In this document: piece by piece, positions 34,584 through 42,072 of the stretch
How the letters are laid out: each line of letters begins with the position of its first letter
How positions within the stretch are numbered: position 1 is the first letter of the stretch
From: a virus
Lineage: Duplodnaviria; Caudoviricetes
IMG/VR virus record: IMGVR_UViG_3300009678_000076
Location: 1 to 46,117 of that record
DNA: 46,117 nt
Reading direction: 5' to 3' (one strand)
Translations under genes and position numbers: made by a program
Notes under the pieces: generated by a model
The model's database searches: none
The model's input: only the letters and a program-made list of their open reading frames with translations
Told to the model about the DNA's origin: nothing

Positions 34584-36686
34584 TCAGGCTCCCGTGCAGC
34601 CGACGCCGTAGGCTTCGACGTAGGTCGAGTTGACCCAGAACAGCTCGACCATGCCGCGGATCGGAACGGTGACGACGGTGATGGCTGCAGTGTTCCCTGC
34701 CAGCACGATCGTGATGCCTGAGGCCGTCAGCGTGCGGTTCGCGCCACTGGTGTTGAAGCAGATGACCTTCGTGCCTTGCTCGGCACTGCCGACGTTCCGG
34801 CTCGAACCAAGGACGACGAACTTGTCCTTGATGTTGGCGGTGGCCGACGCGATCGGCGATGCCGAAGTCTCAGTCCAGAGCTTGTATGAAAGCTGGCCCA
34901 GAGACGCCAAGCCCACGATGTCGCCGTTTTCGGGAACCGTCAGCAGCGACGCCGAGTAAGCGCTGCTGATGATCTCGAAATTGCCATTGACGACGCGCAG
35001 GAACTTGTTCGGCGTCGTGGCGCCGTTGCCGGTCATCTTGATGTTGGAGCCAGCAGCTCCAGTATCAGTAACGACCAGCGCACCATTGCTCGTGGCGCTC
35101 GACGTGATGACCACACCACCCGTGGTGGTGACGAAATTCACGCCGTTACCAGTGAAATCGATGGACGACGTGCCGGGGATGCCACCCGTCACCCGAAGCC
35201 ACGGTGTCGCCGCACCCGTGTTGTCGCTGATCCAGAGGCCGTATAGCGACACCGAGTCCTTGTACCACTCGTGGATGCGGCTGTCAGCGGCTGCAGTCGC
35301 GTTGCAGATGCCGAGCGCGACGTTGTACATGTAGCTCTGCGATTCGGTGACGCTGCCCGTCCAAGGCCGTGTGACACCGATGACTTGCAGCGGTGAATTG
35401 GCAAACCGAACACCGGCAGCACCGCTGTCGGCAATGATCGGGTTAGCTCCAACCCCACCCGTGAGAGACAGGTACCGGGTGGCGCCCGGGTTGCTCGTGA
35501 CAACGACCTGTGCTGCGTTGTTGACCCAGAAGGCGTGCGACCCAGAGGCTTGCGCGTGGTAGTTGAACTGCACATTGGCGTCAGAGCCGACAGCCTTGAG
35601 GCTCGGACCATTGCCGGTCGAGCCTTGGTGCAACTCCAGATAGTTCACCGCCGAAGCAACCCTCGGCAAGATCAGCGCTGGACCACCGCCCGTGTAGATG
35701 TCGTAGCGCCCCGCACCCGCTGCCGAGTTGCCCCAATAGATCGTCGAAGCACCGACGCTGCTGGAGATACCCATCGTGCCCGCAGCACCGGCAGTCTCGC
35801 CGACCCAGACGTTGGGCGCGGCCATCTGGGTCGCACTGGCGACGTTGTTGCTGAAGGTCGCGATGCCTGCAGCCGTGAAAGCCAGTCGCGAGGCGCCGTT
35901 GGTGAGAATGCTGAACGGAAGCGCAGCCGAAGTACCGACATAACCATTCGCGTTGTCGCACTGAAACGTCGCACGTTGAACCGAGTAAACGTTATTCAAC
36001 AGCCGGATCACCGCCATGTCATCAGCAGACCGACCCCGAATATCGACACCGAAGCCCCCGGATGCAGCAATCATGGCCACACACGGTGCACCGGGATTCG
36101 TCGGTGCCGAAACCGACAACGTGCCGTTGGTGTCGAGCTGCATCCGCAACAGACCGGCGGCCGAGAAGCCGAGCGTGTCGGCACTGATCCGATAGATGCC
36201 GAGATCGGGATCGCTCAAGAACGAATACGCAGGCAGCGCCGCGGTGCCGTTGTCAGCGAGGAACTGCCCGGTCCCGACCAGCGACGTGATCGCAGTGACG
36301 ACGTTGGTGCCGTTGCAGTACACCAGCATCGACGTGCCCGCCGGCACGACCGTGCCAGTGCCAGCCGCGGTCTTGACGTTGAGGCCGAAGCCACCCGTCG
36401 TGGCGTTGCGAACGAAGTAAATCTTGCTCGACGTGGGGACGATGATGTCGCGCTGCGCCGTGAGCGCACCCGTGAACGCGAGCACCATGTTCCGCGCTTC
36501 GTCCGTAGCGCCGTTGGCCGTCGTCAGCGTGCGGTTCGCATCCGCCAGCGCGATCGCCGACGTGCCGGCGATCGCGGACTCTTCAAGCGTCGTGATGCCG
36601 TTGTTGACGACCTGACCCCATGTGCCGATCAGCTCGCCGTCGGCAGGCAGCGTCAGCCGCAGCAGGGAGGTATAGGTACTCGGCAT
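34584..36686 (-). CDS. Tail fibre / receptor-binding protein
   Basis: MPSTYT..LRL.LP.DGE..GTWG..VN anchor; DNGTAALPAYSF.SDPDLGIYR..ADTLGF fibre module; Gly/Ser/Thr/Asn-rich beta repeats. Confidence 0.85.
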   Translation of the reverse strand: MPSTYTSLLRLTLPADGELIGTWGQVVNNGITTLEESAIAGTSAIALADANRTLTTANGATDEARNMVLAFTGALTAQRDIIVPTSSKIYFVRNATTGGFGLNVKTAAGTGTVVPAGTSMLVYCNGTNVVTAITSLVGTGQFLADNGTAALPAYSFLSDPDLGIYRISADTLGFSAAGLLRMQLDTNGTLSVSAPTNPGAPCVAMIAASGGFGVDIRGRSADDMAVIRLLNNVYSVQRATFQCDNANGYVGTSAALPFSILTNGASRLAFTAAGIATFSNNVASATQMAAPNVWVGETAGAAGTMGISSSVGASTIYWGNSAAGAGRYDIYTGGGPALILPRVASAVNYLELHQGSTGNGPSLKAVGSDANVQFNYHAQASGSHAFWVNNAAQVVVTSNPGATRYLSLTGGVGANPIIADSGAAGVRFANSPLQVIGVTRPWTGSVTESQSYMYNVALGICNATAAADSRIHEWYKDSVSLYGLWISDNTGAATPWLRVTGGIPGTSSIDFTGNGVNFVTTTGGVVITSSATSNGALVVTDTGAAGSNIKMTGNGATTPNKFLRVVNGNFEIISSAYSASLLTVPENGDIVGLASLGQLSYKLWTETSASPIASATANIKDKFVVLGSSRNVGSAEQGTKVICFNTSGANRTLTASGITIVLAGNTAAITVVTVPIRGMVELFWVNSTYVEAYGVGCTGA

Positions 36687-36695
36687 GACTGCTCC

Positions 36696-37481
36696 TTATG
36701 GCGTTACGACGGGCGTCCAGCCGCCCGGCTGCGCATCGTCTACTGGGGTCCATGAACCGCCCTGTGTGTCGTCCACAGGCGTCCACGATCCGCTTTGATT
36801 GTCGTCCACGGGCTCCCACAGGAACCGCGCGCTGATCAGATCGAGCGCCGCAGCAAGCTCGACGATCTCGACCGTCATCTCCATCGTGACGGAGGCCAGC
36901 TCCCGCGCACTCGCCTGCTCGAACACATCCGTCAGCATCTCGTGCATGACCGCGGCGATGTCCTGCGCGCTCGCGCTCTCCAGCACCTCCACCGGCATGA
37001 CGACCGTGGCTGACGGCAGATCGATACCGCTCGCCAGCTCGGTCGCAAAGACTTCGTAGTAGGCACCGCTGGTGACGACATCCTGCGCATTCGCCAGCTC
37101 GACGATGAGCACCGCATGAAGCTGCCGGGCACTGAACAGCTCCGCAACCGCCGCCGCCTCGATGACAGCCACCGCGAAGTCGATCAAGGCGCTCGGGAAG
37201 TCCTTGACGCTCGCACGCTCGATGACGTTGGTCTGGAAGCTCACCGTGCTACTCGGCAGATCGAGCCCGCTCGCTGTCTCGACGATCGACAGGCTGACCA
37301 GCGTGGCGCTCGCGCTCGGGTAATCCTTGGCGCCGGCAGTCTCCAGCGCTACTACGTTGGCGACCCCGCCCGCAGTTTGGGTCTGCGCAGCCGAAGCAGT
37401 CTCGGTGACAGCACCGTCATAGAGCCCCATGCTCCATCCGGTCTGACCCCAACCACCTGAGCCCCAGCCCCCCGATGCCAT
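36696..37481 (-). CDS. Repeat-containing virion fibre/spike protein
   Basis: GGWG repeats, ten ~20-aa E-x-A-x-x-x-[D/E] repeats, C-terminal WxPVDDxQ repeats. Confidence 0.7.
   Translation of the reverse strand: MASGGWGSGGWGQTGWSMGLYDGAVTETASAAQTQTAGGVANVVALETAGAKDYPSASATLVSLSIVETASGLDLPSSTVSFQTNVIERASVKDFPSALIDFAVAVIEAAAVAELFSARQLHAVLIVELANAQDVVTSGAYYEVFATELASGIDLPSATVVMPVEVLESASAQDIAAVMHEMLTDVFEQASARELASVTMEMTVEIVELAAALDLISARFLWEPVDDNQSGSWTPVDDTQGGSWTPVDDAQPGGWTPVVTP
36700..36820 (-). repeat. ~33-bp tandem coding repeat (W-[T/E]-P-V-D-D-x-Q-x-G-x, three copies plus partial)
   Basis: WEPVDDNQSGS WTPVDDTQGGS WTPVDDAQPGG WTPVV in translation. Confidence 0.75.
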
Positions 37482-37491
37482 GACATCCTGC

Positions 37492-38073
37492 TCAAGTTGC
37501 CGTCAGCTCGAAACGGTACGTGACGTTGATCACGTCGCCGTTCGCGACGTTGCGATCGCCCGGCGACTGCAGGTCCGATGCGGAGAACAGGATGCCCGTC
37601 GTGCCGCTCTTGGTGTTGCTCGTGGTAAGGAACGCACCGCCGACCACCTCGGTGGCGTTGATGTTGAAGATCGCAGGCGTGGCCGCGTTGGTGATGACCG
37701 ATGGGTTCGCCACCGTCGCCGCCGCGAACGTCGCCGCCACGCGATTCGCGTTGCTGTAGGGAACCACCTCGGTCCAACCCACATGGGACCCCATCGTGTC
37801 GCCGGCAGCCGGGGTGTTCGATGCTGCCGCGCCATACAGCCCGATGAACCACGCCGCCGTGTACGCAGCACCGCTGAAGTACTTGTCGCACATGTCCGCG
37901 AGGCCGACGTTGACCACGAGGTTCTCGGAGCGGAATCCCCACTTGAGGTTGCCCTCGGGGTCGAAACACTCCATCACGTAGAAGCCCTTCGCCGAAGCGA
38001 AGTCGTGCTCTCGTGCTCCCATGATCATCGCTGCCGAGACGACATCGATTGCTTTCGACTTTGAGACGCTCAT
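37492..38073 (-). CDS. Virion structural protein (tail-associated)
   Basis: ECFD..G.LKW....NLVVNVG, WFIGL, DTM.SH.GWTE, G.LFSA..., GD.INVTY motifs. Confidence 0.7.
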   Translation of the reverse strand: MSVSKSKAIDVVSAAMIMGAREHDFASAKGFYVMECFDPEGNLKWGFRSENLVVNVGLADMCDKYFSGAAYTAAWFIGLYGAAASNTPAAGDTMGSHVGWTEVVPYSNANRVAATFAAATVANPSVITNAATPAIFNINATEVVGGAFLTTSNTKSGTTGILFSASDLQSPGDRNVANGDVINVTYRFELTAT

Positions 38074-38702
38074 CGCACCGTGTCCTTCACTTGAGGTGTG
38101 CGGAAGGTGTCTTGCCGCAGCTTGCCATCACCGAGCTGCTTGAGCAGCACCATCGAATCCGTGAACATCTGCTGGTAGATCGCGATCACGTCCTGCTCTT
38201 CCTTGATGAAGCGCGCAGCCTCCATCAGCACGCCGTTGAACAGCGCACCCTCGAAGTTGTCGCCGAGCCATGACGTGCCGGCCGTGGAAATCGACTCCGG
38301 GTAGTAGCCGTAGTGCAGCTCGACCTCGTACGGCAGGTCCGGCGTCGGCGCGATCATGAACGTGTCCGCATCGAACTGCGCATAAGCCCGCGGCCGTCCG
38401 ATCTCCGTCGGGTTGGGGAACATGTCGCGCAGGTAGTTCACGTCCTTGTTGAGCGCATAGATGTACTCGCCCGTCGTCGGCTCGATCACTGCCATCGAAT
38501 ACGCGTAGAGGAAGTCCGTCGGCAACGACAGGTAGGGGACGTTGATGGTCAGCACGCCCATCTGGTTCCTGCGCAGCGCAGGAATCTGCACGGCGTTGTA
38601 AATCTTCTCCTCGGTCTGCACCGTGAAGTTGATCATGTCCGTTGCGTTGAACGGATTGCCGATCGTGCTTTCGACCGCAGCGGTGAGTTCCGCGTAGTTC
38701 AT
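38070..38702 (-). CDS. Head-tail adaptor / tail tubular protein A-like
   Basis: MNYAEL start, YL.LPTDFL, G.P..YA, APTPD..Y.VELHY.Y.P.S, L.EA..F.K. Confidence 0.7.
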   Translation of the reverse strand: MNYAELTAAVESTIGNPFNATDMINFTVQTEEKIYNAVQIPALRRNQMGVLTINVPYLSLPTDFLYAYSMAVIEPTTGEYIYALNKDVNYLRDMFPNPTEIGRPRAYAQFDADTFMIAPTPDLPYEVELHYGYYPESISTAGTSWLGDNFEGALFNGVLMEAARFIKEEQDVIAIYQQMFTDSMVLLKQLGDGKLRQDTFRTPQVKDTVR

Positions 38703-38708
38703 GACGAC

Positions 38709-38996
38709 TCAGAACGTCCCTTGGAAATGCTTGCCCTTGGTGGCCGCGCCCGCGCCGCGCATCGTGCCGCCGCCCGTCGGCTTGACCTTCCGGCCCGCCT
38801 TCGGCAGCGCGCCCGGCGTCGCTTCCTTGCCGGAGCCGACCGTGATCGCACCGCCCTCGGCGAACTTCGGCGGCTTCGCCTTCTTCGCGAACGGATTCGC
38901 GTTGCCCATCGAGCCCATCGACGGCGGTCCCTTCTTCTTGGGCGTCGAGCTGAGCGGCGCCCTTTCCTTGGGCAGTGACGAACGAGACGTGGCCAT
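38709..38996 (-). CDS. Small basic late protein (FAEGG; MRGAGAATKG)
   Basis: ATG 38996 with GAGGAG RBS; Lys/Gly/Pro-rich. Confidence 0.65.
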   Translation of the reverse strand: MATSRSSLPKERAPLSSTPKKKGPPSMGSMGNANPFAKKAKPPKFAEGGAITVGSGKEATPGALPKAGRKVKPTGGGTMRGAGAATKGKHFQGTF

Positions 38997-39006
38997 GTGG
39001 CTCTCC

Positions 39007-39309
39007 TCAGGGGTTGTGCTCGGGCGGGCCGATGGGTGGCATCGGCACCGGTACCGGGTCGGGGTTGAGCACGCGCGACGCAGCCATCGAAGGATCGGGT
39101 CGCGGATCACGCAGCGCCTGCGGATCGAACACGGGCACGCGTCCCTGCCAGTTCTGCGGATGGTCCGGGTCCCAGCACGTCGGACACACGAGCACGTTGG
39201 TCTTGCGACCACCAACGTACTCGGTCTTCAACTGGCCGAGCTTGTAGCGGAAGTTGCAGCGATCGCAGAACCCGATCGCGTTGTGGCCTGAGGCGTAAGG
39301 GATGCTCAT
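39007..39309 (-). CDS. Small zinc-finger late protein
   Basis: CDRC ... VCPTCWDPDHPQ ... DPQALRDPRPD; ATGA coupling. Confidence 0.7.
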   Translation of the reverse strand: MSIPYASGHNAIGFCDRCNFRYKLGQLKTEYVGGRKTNVLVCPTCWDPDHPQNWQGRVPVFDPQALRDPRPDPSMAASRVLNPDPVPVPMPPIGPPEHNP

Positions 39310-39986
39310 ATCGGCATCATCCTCGGCACGAAGCGCACGGGCGCCTTCTCGCGGTCCTCGTCGCTCGCGAGAGCCCACGCCTCGTCGTACTGCGCCTTGA
39401 GCGACGACACGCGCGGCAGTCCCTCGGGGAACTTCAGTGCCATGTTGTAGGCCAGCCCCGCGATCAGCGCCGGCATGAAGCGGAAGGGCACGTCCTCGGT
39501 GTTCAGGCCCGTGCCGGCGTCCTGCAACCGGCGGAGCCGCCAGTACACCATCGTGTAGGGGATCGACGCGTCAGGGACCGGCCACAGCACGATGTTCTGC
39601 GTGATCTGCCGATCGACCCAGAGCTGGTACGGCCGACCCTGCGCCGTCTTGTTCGGGATCGTCATGTAGACCGCACCGCTGATGCGATTGAGCACGAGGT
39701 CGGTCTGACTGCTGCCAGTGCCGGTGCGGATCACCGCCTCGAACACGTCCACCGTGTCGGCAGCCATCGCGTAGATTTCCGTGCCGGGGGTGAGCAGCAC
39801 CTCGACCTTCTCGACGGTCCACAGGTTCAGGCCCCGATTCGCCCACTCCATCAGGAGCAGGTTCAAGCTCCGACGTGCAGTGCGGACCTGATGGCCCGCA
39901 CGAATCTCTACGCCGCAACGCTCCCCGGCTTCCTCGATGATGTCGATAAGCTCGAAGTTGGCGATCGCGGTGCCGGAGGTGGCCAT
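39306..39986 (-). CDS. Head-tail connector / adaptor protein
   Basis: MATSGT..F, IIEEA.ERCG, ARRSLNLL..EWANRG.NLW, IPNK..QGRP.Q, WPVPD, P.RF.PAL.AGLAY. Confidence 0.7.
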   Translation of the reverse strand: MATSGTAIANFELIDIIEEAGERCGVEIRAGHQVRTARRSLNLLLMEWANRGLNLWTVEKVEVLLTPGTEIYAMAADTVDVFEAVIRTGTGSSQTDLVLNRISGAVYMTIPNKTAQGRPYQLWVDRQITQNIVLWPVPDASIPYTMVYWRLRRLQDAGTGLNTEDVPFRFMPALIAGLAYNMALKFPEGLPRVSSLKAQYDEAWALASDEDREKAPVRFVPRMMPI

Positions 39987-39992
39987 CGGCCC

Positions 39993-40607
39993 CTACACCA
40001 TCTTCCCGCGCGTCTTGCCGCGCTGCGCGATGCCGTCACCACGACCGCCGACGCTGCCGCCCTTGGCGTACTTCTTGACCTCACCGCCCTTCTTCATCGC
40101 CATGCCACGCGGGATCGGCGCACCGGGCATGACCCTGCCAGCCGGCTGTGGTGCCATGCCGCCGGGCTGCGGCAGCATGCCGCTCGCGGGCGCACCCGGC
40201 ATCACCGGCAGGCCCGGCCGCGGACCGAACGATGCGCTGTCGCCCATCGGACCACCACCGGGAGGCATCGGACCTGCCGGCGGCATCGGCCGAGCGGGCA
40301 TCATCATTTCCTGCGATTGCATGCCACCGGGTTGAGGACCACCTGCCATCGGCATCGCTGCCGCTTGTCCTGCTGCCTGCTTCATCGCGGCCTGCTTCAT
40401 CATCTCCATCTGCGGACCAGCGGGTGCCGCACCCATCGCAGCGGGCGGCATCGGACGTGCACCTGCCGCGCCCATCGCAGCCGGAGGCAGTCCTGCTGAT
40501 GGCGCCATCGGCCGTGCAGCGGCGCCCGCCGCAGGAGCAGCCATCCGAGCTGCCGGAGGCGCTGCGCGCCCAACGGGTGCTTGCGGTTGAGGTTTCCTGA
40601 GTGCCAT
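39993..40607 (-). CDS. Met/Pro/Ala/Gly-rich disordered late protein with MKKGG/YAKGG and DGIAQRGKTRG tail
   Basis: ATG at 40607, 2 nt after upstream stop; low-complexity body. Confidence 0.7.
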   Translation of the reverse strand: MALRKPQPQAPVGRAAPPAARMAAPAAGAAARPMAPSAGLPPAAMGAAGARPMPPAAMGAAPAGPQMEMMKQAAMKQAAGQAAAMPMAGGPQPGGMQSQEMMMPARPMPPAGPMPPGGGPMGDSASFGPRPGLPVMPGAPASGMLPQPGGMAPQPAGRVMPGAPIPRGMAMKKGGEVKKYAKGGSVGGRGDGIAQRGKTRGKMV

Positions 40608-40608
40608 G

Positions 40609-41376
40609 TCACACCACCTTTCCGCGAGTCTTGCCCTTCTTGGCGCAGCCGTCGATGCTGCCGCCGCCGGCATAGCGAGGGGCGCCCATCGGCGTCCGGT
40701 TGTAGGCCGAACGCACCGGAGGCTTCTCGGGCTCGGGCTCCGTGGCCGCGATCCGCTTCGCCGACTCCGCACGCGCGGCCCGCTGCGCGAGCTGCGCGCG
40801 GCCGGGCGGTGCCGAAAGGCTGGACGAAAGGCCAGAACCCAACGCCTTGAGGGCCGTCTCCGCGAAACCGGTCGTGTCGCGGGGCTTCGCCGCTGCCGAT
40901 GCCGCCTTGCCCTTGCCTTCGTTGCTGTAGATCGTCGTGGTCTTCTGTTCGAGCACGGGCTTGGGTGCCGCAGCAGCGGCCGCAGGAGCCCGACGGCGGG
41001 CCGGAACCGCAGCCGGTGAGGCTTCGGCCGCACTCGCATCGCCAGCGCCTTCAGCGTCCTGCTGTGCCCGCCGCTTCTCGACCCACGCCATCGCACGCGA
41101 GCGCGTGTCGTCGTCGATCGATCCGCCCTCGGCGAACGGCTTGGCCTTCGCCTTGCCCTTGCCGAAGTTGAACGCGCCGTGGCCGACGAAGCGGCTCTTG
41201 CCGGCAGTGCCGGCTGAGCCACCACCCGATGAGCCGCCACCTGCAAGACCGTGCTCCTTCTTCTCGGCAGCGATCATCGACTTGGGCGCACCCTTGTCCT
41301 TCATGAACTTCAGCTCTTTGGCGACCTCGCCGCCCTTCGCGAAGGCCGGGCCGAGCTGATCGAATTTCTTGCGCAT
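40609..41376 (-). CDS. Basic disordered late protein with multiple xAxGG motifs and DGCAKKGKTRG tail
   Basis: AGGAG RBS; FAKGG, LAGGG, FAEGG, YAGGG. Confidence 0.75.
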   Translation of the reverse strand: MRKKFDQLGPAFAKGGEVAKELKFMKDKGAPKSMIAAEKKEHGLAGGGSSGGGSAGTAGKSRFVGHGAFNFGKGKAKAKPFAEGGSIDDDTRSRAMAWVEKRRAQQDAEGAGDASAAEASPAAVPARRRAPAAAAAAPKPVLEQKTTTIYSNEGKGKAASAAAKPRDTTGFAETALKALGSGLSSSLSAPPGRAQLAQRAARAESAKRIAATEPEPEKPPVRSAYNRTPMGAPRYAGGGSIDGCAKKGKTRGKVV

Positions 41377-41385
41377 GGTTGTCTC

Positions 41386-41658
41386 CTAGCCGACGAACAT
41401 CGTGACACCGCTGATGGTGCCCGTGATCACGACGTAGATGCCTGCCGGGAACAGGATGCCGCCGCCGGGGATGACCACGTTCGACCCGCCGGCAGCCGCC
41501 GCATCGAGCATCAGCAGCAACGTGCCGCCGACAAGACCGTTGCGGAACTCGACGCTGCCGACACCGCCCGCGGCCATGTAGACGCCGCGCAGCCGCACGC
41601 GGTTCGTGGTTGCTGCCCCCGAGGCTGCGACCCGGAGAAACGAGACATCGGAGTCCAT
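41386..41658 (-). CDS. Small beta-rich structural protein
   Basis: AAGGAG RBS; R.RGVY, IPGGGILF..GIYV, VT.F.G. Confidence 0.7.
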   Translation of the reverse strand: MDSDVSFLRVAASGAATTNRVRLRGVYMAAGGVGSVEFRNGLVGGTLLLMLDAAAAGGSNVVIPGGGILFPAGIYVVITGTISGVTMFVG

Positions 41659-41668
41659 GTCGGACTCC

Positions 41669-41920
41669 TTATGTCAGCGCTGCGCCGATGGCCGTGACCC
41701 ACGCCGCTCCGGTACTGATCACGAGGCAGAACTCGTTGTTGCCAGCGCCGTTGTCGTTGACCACTGCGACGGCGCCAGCGTTGGCCGGAGCCGCTGCGGG
41801 CAGCGACGCAGTAGAGATCGGGGTGAAGATGGCGCCGTAGCCGACGGCAACCGGGGGAACGAGGACGCCGATGAATCCGTTCTCGGAAACGACCGGACCA
41901 TTGAACGTGGTGCGTGCCAT
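41669..41920 (-). CDS. Putative capsid decoration / head fibre protein
   Basis: MARTTFNGPVVSENGF start, LPAA..ANAGA.A.V.D, L.IS.G..W; directly downstream of major capsid gene. Confidence 0.65.
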   Translation of the reverse strand: MARTTFNGPVVSENGFIGVLVPPVAVGYGAIFTPISTASLPAAAPANAGAVAVVNDNGAGNNEFCLVISTGAAWVTAIGAALT

Positions 41921-41924
41921 AGAG

Positions 41925-42004
41925 CCTCACATGCGAGTGATGCGCGCTGAGTCTGCATGTCGTCAGCCGGGCCTGTCGCAGCGCGAGTGGGGTTGAATTC
42001 CCGG
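41925..42004 (-). ncRNA. Candidate structured cis-regulatory RNA leader (possible double pseudoknot)
   Basis: 7-bp stem 41979-41985/41943-41949; loop segments complementary to 42000-42004 (5 bp) and to 41929-41934 next to the RBS (6 bp). Confidence 0.4.
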
Positions 42005-42025
42005 GGGCAGTCGTAGTCTGCCATG

Positions 42026-42052
42026 AAAAGAGGCCCCGCGGGGCCTCTTTTT
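42026..42052. terminator. Palindromic, potentially bidirectional rho-independent terminator after major capsid gene
   Basis: AAAAGAGGCCCCGCGGGGCCTCTTTTT perfect inverted repeat with A/T tracts on both sides. Confidence 0.85.
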
Positions 42053-42072
42053 CGTGCAGCTTCGGACGCAGC

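Noticed and set aside
34584-36686. Diversity-generating retroelement acting on the tail fibre
   Set aside because: No reverse transcriptase and no template/variable repeat pair seen
39993-41246. ORF-track starts for several genes (e.g. 41246, 39215, 34161, 6332, 6757, 9393, 3575)
   Set aside because: Upstream extensions overlap real genes in other frames; downstream starts with RBS or stop-start coupling were used instead
33625-41376. GKT in the C-terminal tags as Walker A motifs
   Set aside because: They lie within ~7 aa of the C-terminus of disordered proteins with no room for a P-loop fold or Walker B
41719-42024. 101-aa ORF spanning the capsid-downstream intergenic region
   Set aside because: Starts immediately after the terminator with no RBS and overlaps the better supported 41669..41920 gene out of frame
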